Made by a program: the position numbers and the translations under genes
In this document: one piece after another, positions 22,722 through 33,769 of the stretch
Numbering within the stretch: position 1 is the first letter of the stretch
Layout: each line of letters starts with the position of its first letter
Assembly: GCA_963716395.1 (NCBI GenBank)
Contig: OY970309.1
Span: 352,001 to 416,000 of the forward strand
Direction: 5' to 3'
Origin: an uncultured Fibrobacteria bacterium
Lineage (GTDB): Bacteria > Fibrobacterota > Fibrobacteria > UBA11236
DNA: 64,000 nt
The notes under the pieces: model-generated
The model's input: the letters and a program-made list of their open reading frames with translations, nothing else
Databases searched by the model: none
What the model was told of the DNA's origin: nothing

Positions 22722-24047
22722 TCATTCCGCCATTCCGATTTTTTTTAACCCTAAAATTTCCAGAATTTCCGCTTGTATCGACTGGCTTTCGCGCATCAAC
22801 TCGGGATCGCGCAAATCGCCGGGAGACAACCGATCGCGATAACCGCGCATCACGCAATCCTTCAACGACGCGTACACTTCTTCGCTGAACTTCACGCCGG
22901 CATGGGCCGCCCTCCATTCCGGCTCCGTCAATTCCACCCGCAGCCGCAGGCAGGCCGGACCGCCGCCATTGCGCATGCTTTGCCGCAGATTCACGTATTC
23001 CACGCGTGCCACTCCGGCCGCCGCAAGTTTTTCCAATACGGCGCGGGCGCGCACATGGCGGCGACATTCTTCGGCCGCCAGCCAGAGCCAAGCGCCATCG
23101 GGCAAAGTCACGATTTGGCTGTTGAACAAATAGGTGGACACAGCTTCGGCCAAAGTCAATTCCTTCCGGCCCACCGGATGCAGGCGCAATTCCCTGCCGC
23201 AGCGTTTGCGAAAGGCGCGCCGCAGTGCGCGCAAAACTCTGTGGGGTGAGGCAAATCCTTGTTCATGGTAGAGAAAAAAATCCTCGTGGCCCGTGCTGAT
23301 CACGTCGTTGTGAAAGACTCCGGCGTCGACGGCGGCCGGCGCCTGGGCCGCAAACACGGCGGAGATATCATTCAAGCCATGCAAGCGTGCCACGGCGGCC
23401 GAGGCCGCATAGTCTTGGCGCGGCACCTGCCTTCGGGGCATCCGGTCCGGGCCATCTGCGCCGTAAACAAAGAGATGTACCCCGCGGCCCAAAGCCGGCC
23501 CCGAAAAACGCGTGTGATTAGCCGCACCTTCATCGGCCCAACCCATGGCCGCAGGCAAGGGCGCATGATGCACGAATCCGGGTGAAGGAAACACGGCCCG
23601 CAAACAATGCGCGGTGAAATCGGCTTCGAGGCTGCGATGCGGCTGGCGGATCAAATTCGCGGGCGTGAAATGCGCCTTGCCGTCCGCGGCGTCGGCGGAA
23701 GGACACATCGTAGCCGCATTGGCGGTCCACATCGAAGAGGCGCTATAGGCTATGGCCAGCCAGCGCGGCGAGTCGCGCCCGGCCCTTTCGATGACGCGGG
23801 TATCCGCACCCGTAAATCCCAGACGGCGGAGAAAAGCGAGATGAGGCCGCGGCGCCGGCGGCAGCACCATTTGCGGCAGGCCCAGCGCATGCAGCCGCCA
23901 CATTTTATCCAGGCCTTGCAGCGCCGCGGCCCGGGGATTCGCCGTGCGCCCCCGCTGATTTTGGGAAGCAAAATTGCCGAGTCCCAAACCCGCATAGTTG
24001 TGAGTGGGCCCGGTCAAGCCGTCGAGATTGACTTCGAAACGCCGCAT
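22722..24047 (-). CDS. astB: N-succinylarginine dihydrolase
   Basis: EVNLDGLTGPTHNYAGL, SASSMWTANAAT, DEGAANH, GVFHNDVIS, SMRNGGGPACLRLRV. Confidence 0.96.
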   Translation of the reverse strand: MRRFEVNLDGLTGPTHNYAGLGLGNFASQNQRGRTANPRAAALQGLDKMWRLHALGLPQMVLPPAPRPHLAFLRRLGFTGADTRVIERAGRDSPRWLAIAYSASSMWTANAATMCPSADAADGKAHFTPANLIRQPHRSLEADFTAHCLRAVFPSPGFVHHAPLPAAMGWADEGAANHTRFSGPALGRGVHLFVYGADGPDRMPRRQVPRQDYAASAAVARLHGLNDISAVFAAQAPAAVDAGVFHNDVISTGHEDFFLYHEQGFASPHRVLRALRRAFRKRCGRELRLHPVGRKELTLAEAVSTYLFNSQIVTLPDGAWLWLAAEECRRHVRARAVLEKLAAAGVARVEYVNLRQSMRNGGGPACLRLRVELTEPEWRAAHAGVKFSEEVYASLKDCVMRGYRDRLSPGDLRDPELMRESQSIQAEILEILGLKKIGMAE

Positions 24048-24343
24048 GCACTGATTGTAAACGATTCGCCGGCTACTTTGCGGGGAGAAAGCGCGGCAAC
24101 GCAACCTCGGCCGCCTTCGACGGGCTCAGGCCGCGTTCCTCTGCGGCAAAAAAGCCTTCATCCGCAAAGCATTGTGCTTCGAATAAGATTTTGGTTCGCG
24201 CGTACCCCTCACACCCGCTCCGATACCCATCGGCCAGAAGTTCGCCCCACGCAGGGTCTAAGCCCGGTTCCTGATCCTGTCAAGGGATGTCGAAAGCCAA
24301 CGCCTCCATAACGGAGGCGTATTGCGGCGGCAGGCAGTAACTA

Positions 24344-26497
24344 TTAAAAAAGGGCGACGGGGCGCGTATAGGTCTGCCCCTGCACATGCACTCTTACGAA
24401 ATAACCACCCTTGGCCAATCCTGCGGCAGGGATGAGCACGCGGCTTTGGCCACTCGCCACGTTCTGTCGCCACTGCACGCGCCCTTGCATATCGAATAGG
24501 GCAACCTGCGAGGGCTGAACAAAAGGCATTTCGAGAACAAGGTCGGACCCGATGTGGTCCACCTTGAAATCCGCCGAACGGAATGCGGCCGTGTTCAGTT
24601 TGGGATCCACCACGGGCACCGGCGCAAAGGCGGTATCGGTGGAAATATTGTTCAACGTATACCACGCTTCAAACATCGAAGGTTGGCCGCCGGGCGAAGT
24701 CGGCACGCCCCAGGGGGCGTCGCCCGAAGCCGCGCGCAGATTCGAAGCCTGGATGAACACCACACGCGAATTGCCGCTGCCGGAACCGGAGGTATTGGGA
24801 TTCACCGACGGGCGTACCGATGCCGCGGGCATGGAGTTAATTTGCAGAAAAACCCGCAGTGAATCGGGAGACACGCGCACATTGTTGACATTCACGGTCG
24901 TTTCGTTTTGGTCGGCACCCGCTCCATAACTCAATATGCTCAGAAGGTTGGTCCAGGTCCGCACTTTGTAATTTGAAGCGACTCCCGCCGAAGGCCCGAC
25001 CTTTTCAGTGAATTGCAATTCGAAACCGTTCACGCGTGAACGAACGGCCAGCATTTCGAAAATGGTGGTGTCTTTGGGGACGAGCTTGAAAAAATCGTAT
25101 TGCTGTTGGCACCCCCCTGGCGGAAGATCGGATGCCAGCGCTCCAGGGTAGCCAGCACCGCCCCAACACCAGTTGACTGAAGGCGGCGCTCCGTAAATGT
25201 TGTCTCCGCCCGCCTGGCTACCGGCATAAATATCGCCATCGGGCCCGATTTTCAAGCGGCCGATGCCGGCATGAAAACCTCCGGAGAAAAAGAACACCGC
25301 GCCCTGCCATTCATTGTTCACCTTTTCCAGAAAAATGCGCTGAATGCCGCCGAAGGCCACATCGCCCACCAGCATTTGCCCGGCATACTCTCCCTTGGTG
25401 ATGTAAAGCGGCTCGCTGGGAGAATTGGAATTGCTGTTGTTTGCGCTTTGGTCCATGACCACATTGGGCAGCGATTCAGCCACCGGGCCGATATACGGGT
25501 TCAAGGGATCGCAGCGCATGCCATAAAATCGGCCTGGACGATAATTAACCAGCTTGTTGGCGGGATTGTAGCTGCCTTGAATGTCGGTTCCAAAGATCTC
25601 GCCGTCCGGCCCGATCACCAGGCCACTGGGCGAACGCAGGCCGGCGTCGACGACCTGTTGGGTGCCATTGATGGGATCGATTTTCAAAAGCGAGCAGCGA
25701 TCGCGGCCTTGATCCTGGGCCACCGAATTGCCATCGGTGTATTGCGATACCGTACCGGTATAGAGGAAACCCGCCGAATCGCGAATCAGTCCGGCCACGA
25801 AATGATGCCACCTTCTTACGGTACCCGAAGTGTCGGCGGAATTATCGTACTTTACCGGCGGATAGGCCGTAAAGCTTTTATAAGTATTCGGACCCACCGA
25901 ATCACGGCACACCCGCGCATGACAGGTGTTCACCACCTTGATGGGAGGATTGACACTGCTGGAATGAGGCCCGGCGCCGATAAAACGCAACAAGCCGGTT
26001 TTGGTGGTTACGTAAATCGTATCCGAATCATTGGCAGTGGCCCGATGCGCGACGTATAGGCCTAAAGGTTCCCACATGCCGTCGTAAATGTCGGTTATAT
26101 TCGAAGACGAAATCGAATTTCCCGACGTTCCGGTAATCACATAAAGATTGCCCGGCCCTTGGCCATTGGGCGGGCCTTGTACGTCGCCGTAATATCCGGA
26201 GCCTTGGTAGGAGTAATCGCTACCCCAAGTGGCCACCACCATCCGTCCGTCTGATAACCAATCCATGCCACCGAAACGCCAAGTATGGTCAATGGCATTG
26301 CGGAAAGAAACCAAGGTATAGCCGGGATTAATGCCCGGGCCGCTCGGGCTGGGAACCCCGTCAGCACCTCCGAGCGCGGTTGAAGTTCCCAAGGCGCTGT
26401 TTCCCAGGGGCGTTGAACCGCACATTCCGGTTTGCACAAAACACAAAAGCCCCATCCCCAAAAAAATTCCGGTTTTCATAACCATAGATTTACTCAC
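24344..26497 (-). CDS. Secreted beta-propeller protein (sorbosone/glucose dehydrogenase-like blades) with T9SS-type C-terminal domain
   Basis: Signal peptide; GLRSPSG, TDIQGSY, YAGQMLVGD, WQGAVF, GPDGDIYAG; C-terminal LFDMQGR..KGGYFVRV. Confidence 0.7.
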   Translation of the reverse strand: MSKSMVMKTGIFLGMGLLCFVQTGMCGSTPLGNSALGTSTALGGADGVPSPSGPGINPGYTLVSFRNAIDHTWRFGGMDWLSDGRMVVATWGSDYSYQGSGYYGDVQGPPNGQGPGNLYVITGTSGNSISSSNITDIYDGMWEPLGLYVAHRATANDSDTIYVTTKTGLLRFIGAGPHSSSVNPPIKVVNTCHARVCRDSVGPNTYKSFTAYPPVKYDNSADTSGTVRRWHHFVAGLIRDSAGFLYTGTVSQYTDGNSVAQDQGRDRCSLLKIDPINGTQQVVDAGLRSPSGLVIGPDGEIFGTDIQGSYNPANKLVNYRPGRFYGMRCDPLNPYIGPVAESLPNVVMDQSANNSNSNSPSEPLYITKGEYAGQMLVGDVAFGGIQRIFLEKVNNEWQGAVFFFSGGFHAGIGRLKIGPDGDIYAGSQAGGDNIYGAPPSVNWCWGGAGYPGALASDLPPGGCQQQYDFFKLVPKDTTIFEMLAVRSRVNGFELQFTEKVGPSAGVASNYKVRTWTNLLSILSYGAGADQNETTVNVNNVRVSPDSLRVFLQINSMPAASVRPSVNPNTSGSGSGNSRVVFIQASNLRAASGDAPWGVPTSPGGQPSMFEAWYTLNNISTDTAFAPVPVVDPKLNTAAFRSADFKVDHIGSDLVLEMPFVQPSQVALFDMQGRVQWRQNVASGQSRVLIPAAGLAKGGYFVRVHVQGQTYTRPVALF

Positions 26498-27035
26498 GCG
26501 TTAAAAAAGTTTATCGACTAGGCACCCTCGACGTTCACAAACCTATGCGGGCGTCTGGTTTTCAGGAATTCGCCCGCCCAGGAAAGTGAAGACAATCTGT
26601 CTTTAGCTCGACCTTCTCCACCTTCGTCGAGCCCCTTTGCGTCAGTCGGAAGAACCAAATCGACTCCATCTTTCGAGGAAGAACGGAACGAAAGGTTAAC
26701 CAACCCAACTGTCACTTGAGATTCTCGTAAAATAAATCATTCCTCGCAAATCCGCAGGCACTTTTCCGTCGCCCCGAAGAGAATGCGATTAATTCGGGCT
26801 TTTGCGATACCTAACCTCTCTGATTGAAGACGAATTCGATAAGCTCTTACGCCGTGTGACAGGCTTCACCACTTTCCAGAAGGCTATTTTCTAGGCTTTT
26901 CGATAAAATGTTCTCGCCTGCTCCGCGCCGGTCGAGTAAAAAAGGCTTATGGGATGGGTTCAATGATTCTGAAGCAAGTATTGAATCCGAAGCCGGTCGT
27001 CCCGGCCCAGTTTCCACTGCTTCGCTTCATTATTT

Positions 27036-30000
27036 GTGATTGAAATCGCCGTGAACCGCAAACTTTTCTTTCGTCTTTTCCTGCTTTCGGCCCTGGCCTT
27101 TTTCGCCTGGACTTGTAATGTGTCGGATTCGGGCAGCGACACCTTTTTGACCCTTACGGTGGGCGACTCGCTCAAAACTTCGGCGGGGAAGTACGACTCC
27201 ATCCAAATCAAGGTGGCGGTGATTAAAAACTCCGACACCACCTATCAGAAAATTGTGTTCCACGGAACCTACCACGACTCTTCGCAACTGCAAAACCTTG
27301 ACCTGGGACACTTGCCTTCCAATGACTTCACCATCATCCTCTCCGGTTATCGCAATGGATCGTTGGCCGTCATGTTGGAGTTACCCTTCAGCAACGGCCA
27401 GCCCGGCACTCCCAAGGTCGACACTTTGATTGTGCCGCCGGATACCACCCATCCAGGCAACTACCAGCCGCGGATAGGGCTGGCCCCGCCGGACAGCGGT
27501 AACACTTTGTTCCATGCCGTCGAAGGCAAAACCCTGGCTTTCCGTGTCATGGCCCAAGACACCGACGCCAAAGACAGCGCCATTTTGCTTTCCCTCGGCA
27601 ATGTGTTTCCGTTGGCTTGCGGAACCGCCGTGTATGACACGGTCACGGGTAACTTTACCCTCAAACCCGCTTTTGCCTGCGTGGACTCAGGCGGCGATTC
27701 GGTAAAGGCAACGTTGAACTTCGCCGCCAAAGACCGGGGCAATCCGCCGCTTTTCGACACCTTGAGCATACAGGTCATTGTGATGGATTCGAACAGTGCG
27801 CCCAAATGGAAACAGGATTCGGTAAGCGGTCTTGTGGGCAAGCAAGGCAAGCCCATGTCGCTTCGACTCGACAGCCTTTATCTGGGCGATGCCGAAGGCG
27901 ACTCGGTTACATTCACGCCCTCGCTGGGAATAATCACCTCGAACCCGCTGACTTGGTCTTTCACGCCCTCGTTCTCGGATTCGGGAGCAAAAACCGTGAT
28001 CCTTACTTCCACCGACAACCACAAGCCTCCGGCCTGGTCGCAACTGATTCTCAACCTCAGCATAGCCGATTCGATTCGGGCGTTGAAGGTGGTCATCACT
28101 TCGCCTGCCAATGGCTTTGTCACACGTGACAGTGTGATTACCGTGCATTGGAGCGTGAACGGCACGGCGCAAACCAGCGACACCACCGAGCATTTTTCCC
28201 AGGAAGGACCGAACGGCATCAAGCGTTCGTTTCGGGATTCCTTGACCGATAATACCGCTTCGGATTCCATCACCGTAACCTTGGATCGGACGCCACCCGA
28301 TAGACCCGTAGTCAGCGCCCCCACGCCGACCAATAACCCGCGTCCCACCTGGACATGGAAATCGGGCGGCGGTGGCGACGGGTATTTCCGCCATCGGCTC
28401 GACACGGCTTCGTTCGCCGATACACTGGGGGCGAAAGACACCTCGTTCACCCCCGGCGTTGATCTGACTGCCGGAACCCATGTCTTGAATGTCGAAGAGC
28501 GGGACGACGCCGGGAATTGGTCGGCCTTGGCGCAGGATTCGGTGCGTATCGTGCTGACCGGACCGTTGCTTGCCATCACCTCACCTCCGAATAATTACGT
28601 GACACGACAAGCCAGCGTGATCGTAACCTGGACATTGAACGGCACGGCGCAGACTCCTGTGACCAAAAGCTTGAATGCCGGGGCGAATGTGTTGAAGGTC
28701 ACCGGTCAGGACTCTGCGGGGAATCAAGCGTCGGATTCCATCACCGTAATCCGCGACACGGTTCCCCCCAATAAACCGGTGGTTACGGGTCCGGGGCTTA
28801 CGAGTAATCAGAAGCCGACGTGGCGCTGGAAATCCGGCGGCGACAGCGGCAGCGGATACTTTCGCTACCAGCTCGACAATGCCAGCCTGACCGATACGGT
28901 CGGGGTTACCGACACCGCGTACACGCCAGTATCCAATCTTTCCGAAGGCCGGCATGTGCTGTACATTGAAGAACGCGATGCAGTCGGCAATTGGTCGGCC
29001 ATGGATAGCAGCGGAATCGCCACCGTGGACATCACTCCCCCGGCGGTGCAGATCATTTCGCCGGTCGATAGTTTTGTGACTAATCAAGACAGTGTGCAGG
29101 TGCAATGGACAAGCAACGGCATCAATCAACCTGCCAATACCAAAACCTTGAGCGAAGGGGTGAATACCCTCACCGAATCCGCCACCGATTCAGCGGGCAA
29201 TACGGGATCGAAGTCAATCACCGTGACGCGGAGAAGCAATGTCTTGTTCGTGAACGCGGGGGCCAATGCCGGCGGCGATGGAAATTCCTGGACGTCGGCC
29301 TACAAGTATTTGCAAACGGCCCTCGCGCGCTCGGCCAGCGGCCAACAAATTTGGATCGCCAAGGGGACCTATAAACCGGCTCTGGGAGTCACGGGAATCG
29401 ATACGAATACCTATGACACGAGTTTTGTCATGAAAAGCGGGGTGACTTGGCTGGGAGGATTCAAAGGCACGGAGAACGATAGCGGGAAACGGGATTGGAA
29501 TAACAACCAAAGCATTCTGACCGGGGAAAGGGGTAATCCCAATGACAGCACGGATAATTTGGGCACGATTGTTTTAGGAGCAGACAACGCGACTATGGAT
29601 GGGCTGGTGGTTGAGAAGGGTGGTGTTGCAATAGGCACAATGGATTGCCGCGGTAAATCGCCACAAATTACGAATTGTGTTTTTCAAAATAATGCAGGTA
29701 ATGCTGTGATAAACGCCGACCTCAACGCGAATCCTGCAATTAAAAATTGTGGTTTTATAAATAATCAAACAAGTCAGGGAGCAATCTACTTTCTCGGGTC
29801 TCCAACTATTAGTTTTTGCAAATTTCAATATAACAGCGCTGGAGTTGCAGGTGGGGCAATTAGGGGGGAAGGATCCACGATTATTACTTCCTCGATTTTT
29901 GAGGGCAATCAAGCCGGTGAGGGCGGGGCAATAACGATCGAAGATGCGCCAACAGAAACATTTACTATTGCCAATTGCATCTTTATCCGAAACAGTGCAA

Positions 30001-30611
30001 ACGATGGCGGAGCGATTTATGCCTCGGGACTTGGGACTTTCACGAATGATGTCTTTATACAAAACTCTGGAAAGGAATTTGGAGGCGCCGTTAACGCATC
30101 TGCAGTAAACAACGATTTTAGTAATTTTACTAATTGTGCATTTTTCGGTAATGGATCGATTTCGACTTACGGCGGAGCGATTTATGAAACCGGAACTTTA
30201 ATTATCCAAAATTCAATACTATATAACGACACAGCGAATTTTGGGACTGAGATTTTCGCTCAAAGTTTCGAGTGGGATTCCATTACCATCGGTTTCTCGG
30301 ACCTTTCGGGTGGTATTGCCGCTATTGCGGGAGACACGAGTGACATTTCCGGTACTACCCACTATGTAAATGGCATTCCGGTAACGGCCGGCCCCGGCAA
30401 TCTCAACGTGAATCCATCTTTCAAGAACTCCGCGTCACCCGCCGGCCCAGACGGCAAATACCTTACCTCCGACGACGGCTATAATCTCTCTTCCGGCAGC
30501 CCGTGCATCAATGCAGGAAACTCCAGCGCTTCGGGCCTGCCGGCCACCGACATCACCGGCGCGCCGCGCGTGCAAGGCGCCAACGTCGACATGGGCGCCT
30601 ACGAGCAATAG
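27036..30611 (+). CDS. Large surface lipoprotein: Ig-like repeats plus right-handed beta-helix plus DMGAYE (choice-of-anchor Q-like) end
   Basis: Hydrophobic N-terminus ending FAWTC; repeated ITSP..VT..W..NG / SDSITV..D..PP / WKSGG / EERD.GNWS units; GNSWTSAY.YLQ.AL, GGAI/FxxN repeats, RVQGANVDMGAYEQ; exact start uncertain. Confidence 0.8.
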   Translation: MIEIAVNRKLFFRLFLLSALAFFAWTCNVSDSGSDTFLTLTVGDSLKTSAGKYDSIQIKVAVIKNSDTTYQKIVFHGTYHDSSQLQNLDLGHLPSNDFTIILSGYRNGSLAVMLELPFSNGQPGTPKVDTLIVPPDTTHPGNYQPRIGLAPPDSGNTLFHAVEGKTLAFRVMAQDTDAKDSAILLSLGNVFPLACGTAVYDTVTGNFTLKPAFACVDSGGDSVKATLNFAAKDRGNPPLFDTLSIQVIVMDSNSAPKWKQDSVSGLVGKQGKPMSLRLDSLYLGDAEGDSVTFTPSLGIITSNPLTWSFTPSFSDSGAKTVILTSTDNHKPPAWSQLILNLSIADSIRALKVVITSPANGFVTRDSVITVHWSVNGTAQTSDTTEHFSQEGPNGIKRSFRDSLTDNTASDSITVTLDRTPPDRPVVSAPTPTNNPRPTWTWKSGGGGDGYFRHRLDTASFADTLGAKDTSFTPGVDLTAGTHVLNVEERDDAGNWSALAQDSVRIVLTGPLLAITSPPNNYVTRQASVIVTWTLNGTAQTPVTKSLNAGANVLKVTGQDSAGNQASDSITVIRDTVPPNKPVVTGPGLTSNQKPTWRWKSGGDSGSGYFRYQLDNASLTDTVGVTDTAYTPVSNLSEGRHVLYIEERDAVGNWSAMDSSGIATVDITPPAVQIISPVDSFVTNQDSVQVQWTSNGINQPANTKTLSEGVNTLTESATDSAGNTGSKSITVTRRSNVLFVNAGANAGGDGNSWTSAYKYLQTALARSASGQQIWIAKGTYKPALGVTGIDTNTYDTSFVMKSGVTWLGGFKGTENDSGKRDWNNNQSILTGERGNPNDSTDNLGTIVLGADNATMDGLVVEKGGVAIGTMDCRGKSPQITNCVFQNNAGNAVINADLNANPAIKNCGFINNQTSQGAIYFLGSPTISFCKFQYNSAGVAGGAIRGEGSTIITSSIFEGNQAGEGGAITIEDAPTETFTIANCIFIRNSANDGGAIYASGLGTFTNDVFIQNSGKEFGGAVNASAVNNDFSNFTNCAFFGNGSISTYGGAIYETGTLIIQNSILYNDTANFGTEIFAQSFEWDSITIGFSDLSGGIAAIAGDTSDISGTTHYVNGIPVTAGPGNLNVNPSFKNSASPAGPDGKYLTSDDGYNLSSGSPCINAGNSSASGLPATDITGAPRVQGANVDMGAYEQ

Positions 30612-30700
30612 CATTTGCGGGCGCCGCTCATTGCGTCGACCAAAGTTTCGACCAGCATCAATTATCGACCAAAGATTGATTGCGGAGCAAATTCCAAAAC

Positions 30701-31499
30701 CTATTGCAGCAACTTTTCCACGGTTTGTGGGTCGGCCTCCTGATTGCTCACTTCGAAGCCGTCTTTATAAACTTCGTGCAAGACGCGATGTTTATGCGTG
30801 ACGCTGTCCGGCTTGGCATCGAATAGCCACGTTTCTCCTGTTCCATTCACCACCTTGCCGGTGGATTTTCCCGCGGGTGAAAAAGTTTCATAGAAAACCA
30901 CCTTCGCGTCTTCCTTTGAGGGCTTCGGCTGATACGCTGTTTTTTCCTTTAATCGCAAAACTCCGTTTGGAAAGTATTCTTCATCCTCAATCACTTCACC
31001 TTTATGACATTGCGCCACCAATTTCTTATTGCCGTTGGGCCACCATTCCTGCCATAAGCCCTCTTCTTGGCCCGAGTCGTTGTAGTTTTTGATTAAAGAT
31101 GGGTCGGCTCATTGGGGAATCGTAAAATGTTGTGCGAACTCCGATCTGGATATCCATTTACATGATGGGTTTTTTCGACCAACGATATTTCCAAGTGAAT
31201 CCCAGACCAAACAATTTCCGTTTTTTTTCCCGTCCACATAGAAGCAACTGTCGTGTTTTATCCATCGGACAGGCTATCGAATTTGTATTGTTAAAGCTCA
31301 TGGATATCCTGATTAGCCGGCCATTTTGATATTCGGATACGAATATCGTATTCGTTGTCTGAGTTTACAGTTAACACGTAATTCAACTGTTCCATATGGT
31401 TTTGAATATGTTGCCCTGGTTTTTACCGCATTCATATTCATCCGCATGAAAATAGATTTGAAAAAGAAGACGCGATAATCATGCAATGCTGCGATTCAT
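30701..31499 (-). pseudogene. MORN/YwqK-like partner gene copy 4 (Y-type C-half), 5' half frame-disrupted
   Basis: 3' half near-identical to copy 2; 5' half carries recognisable YECGK..YGTVELRVNCKL remnants broken by indels (decay or consensus error). Confidence 0.7.
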
Positions 31500-31868
31500 A
31501 AACCACTCAAATTCCATTTTCGAATTTGTTTCATGAAGGTCATGCAAATATCTGCATAAAAACGTCGTTTCGTCTTTATCTCGATATTTATCTGTTGCGT
31601 TTAAGATTTTTTACGAGTCCCGTAATTATTTAACAACTGTTATCCCCGCCTTCAGCGCATCCGCTTTTTGTTTTACAGACACCGGATCTTCATCACCCGA
31701 TCCGGGTGGCGGCAAAGGCAATTGCGACACAAAGCGCAACACCCATTTGAGAATGTGATTGCCGTTCGGAGATTTCGAAGCCCCCTCGGTAGATTTCAAT
31801 ATATCAAGTATGACCGGAAAATCCGCATCTTCGCGTGTTTGCATCAAGGTGATGATGGCCTGGGTCAA
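31496..31868 (-). pseudogene. Orphan effector C-terminal cassette 4
   Basis: Constant QAIITLMQTRED..KADALKAG block, then a divergent AT-rich tail interrupted by a stop at 31626. Confidence 0.65.
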
Positions 31869-31870
31869 AT

Positions 31871-32653
31871 CTATTGCAGCAACTTTTCCACGGTTTTGGC
31901 GTCGGCCTGTGCGTTGTGGACTCGCAGGCCATTCTTGAAGATTTCTTGCTCCACCCTATAACGCTTTAACGTGCTATCCGGCTCAGCGCTGAAAGTCCAC
32001 AATTCACCGGTTCCATTTATCACCTTTCCAGTTGCTTTTCCGGTCGGGGAAAATGATTCGGAAAAAATTAGGCGCTGGTTCCCTTTACTCGGATCTTCTT
32101 CGCGGGTCGCCTGTTCTTTCAGACGCAAATTACCGTTGGGAAAATACTCTTCGTCCGAAATAATTAACCCTTTATGACATTGCGCCACCAATTTCTTATT
32201 GCCATTGGGCCACCATTCCTGCCATAAGCCCTCTTCTTGACCCGAGTCGTTGTAGTTTTTGATTAAAGATGGGTGGCCGGGGGAGTAAAATATTCTCCCT
32301 CCTTCCAACTTGAATGTCCGTTTACGATAATTATTTACGCAACGATTCTTGACCCAAGCGTATCCCAGACTAACCAATTTCCTTCTTTTTTCCCGTTAAC
32401 ATAAAAACTGCTGTCATTTTTTTTTCATCGCACTATCAAGATTCATATTGAAAACCCATTATATGCTTATCGCCTTTTGAATTCGGATACGCATTATGTT
32501 ATCTGGAATTAGTTTACAATCGACACGTAAGTTCAACTTTTCCATAGGACGTGGATTTTTAATATTTTTCACTCGCACAGCATGTAATATTGCATCCGTA
32601 AACAGTTTGAAGATAGAGCGATAACACAACAAAAACATAAACCTTACTTTCAT
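31871..32653 (-). pseudogene. MORN/YwqK-like partner gene copy 3 (X-type C-half), 5' half frame-disrupted
   Basis: Starts ATGAAAGTAAGG like copy 2; multiple indels; intact 3' half near-identical to copy 1. Confidence 0.7.
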
Positions 32654-33005
32654 ATTCTATCCCATTTTTTGAAAGTAGATAATGCAAATTCGGATAAAAA
32701 CTTCTCGTATTCATTTCGCTCTGCTTGTTGGTCATCGAACATTTCCCTTCGCGAGCTCCGAAATTTTCAATTCTCTTTATCCCCGCCTTCAGGGCATCCG
32801 CTTTTTGTTTTACAGACACCGGATCTTCATCACCCGATCCGGGCGGCGGCAAAGGCAATTGCGACACAAAGCGCAACACCCATTTGAGAATGTGATTGCC
32901 GTTCGGAGATTTCGAAGCCCCCTCGGTAGATTTCAATATATCAAGTATGACCGGAAAATCCGCATCTTCGCGTGTTTGCATCAAGGTGATGATGGCCTGG
33001 GCCAA
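32650..33005 (-). pseudogene. Orphan effector C-terminal cassette 3
   Basis: Constant block plus variable tail IKRIENFGAREGK..LLSKNGIE; stop slipped out of frame. Confidence 0.65.
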
Positions 33006-33007
33006 AC

Positions 33008-33769
33008 CTATTGCAGCAACTTTTCCACGGTTTGTGAGTCGGCCTCCTGATTGCTCACTTCGAAGCCGTCTTTATAAACTTCGTGCAAGACGCGATGTTT
33101 GTGCGTGACGCTGTCCGGCTTGGCATCGAATAGCCACGTTTCTCCTGTTCCATTCACCACCCTGCCGGTAGATTTTCCCGCGGGTGAAAAAGTTTCATAG
33201 AAAACCACCTTCGCGTCTTCCTTTGAGGGCTTCGGCTGATACGCTGTTTTTTCCTTTAATCGCAAAACTCCGTTTGGAAAGTATTCTTCATCCTCAATCA
33301 CTTCACCTTTATGACATTGCGCCACCAATTTCTTATTGCCATTGGGCCACCATTCCTGCCATAAGCCCTCTTCTTGGCCGGAGTCGTTGTAGTTTTTGAT
33401 TAAAGATGGGTGGCCGGGGGAAAAATATTCCTCCCTCCTTCCAACTTGAATGCCGTTATGATAATTATTTAAGCACGATTCTTGACCCAAGCTATCCCAG
33501 CACTTACCAATTCCTTCTTTTTTCCCGTTAAGATAAAAACTGCTGTCCATTTTTTTTTGAGTCGCGCTATCAAGATTCATAGAAAACCCATTAATCTTAT
33601 CGCCTTTGAATTCGGCTACCCACATGTTACCTGGAATTAGTTTGCAATCGACGCGAAGCTCAACTTCTCCATAGGAACGGTGGACTTTTTGTTTTTCACC
33701 GCAAGTGTATTTTGCATGTGAATAGTTTGAGATGACTAACACAACAAAAACATAAAGCCTTACTTTCAT
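33008..33769 (-). CDS. Secreted MORN-variant repeat protein (YwqK-like), putative immunity/partner protein, copy 2 (intact)
   Basis: 253 aa; signal peptide MKVRLYVFVVLVISNYSHA; repeats Y.NGKKEG..W, NYHNGIQVG, EEGLWQEWWPNG, EEYFPNG. Confidence 0.8.
   Translation of the reverse strand: MKVRLYVFVVLVISNYSHAKYTCGEKQKVHRSYGEVELRVDCKLIPGNMWVAEFKGDKINGFSMNLDSATQKKMDSSFYLNGKKEGIGKCWDSLGQESCLNNYHNGIQVGRREEYFSPGHPSLIKNYNDSGQEEGLWQEWWPNGNKKLVAQCHKGEVIEDEEYFPNGVLRLKEKTAYQPKPSKEDAKVVFYETFSPAGKSTGRVVNGTGETWLFDAKPDSVTHKHRVLHEVYKDGFEVSNQEADSQTVEKLLQ

Noticed and set aside
26518-26715. 65-aa ORF upstream of the beta-propeller gene
   Set aside because: No RBS or motif, atypical composition; treated as intergenic
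28080-29230. Internal nucleotide repeats in the lipoprotein gene as a mobile element
   Set aside because: They correspond to in-frame duplicated Ig-like domains
30637-30683. Three TCGACCA copies between the convergent lipoprotein and array ends
   Set aside because: Very short and irregularly spaced; at most part of a weak terminator hairpin
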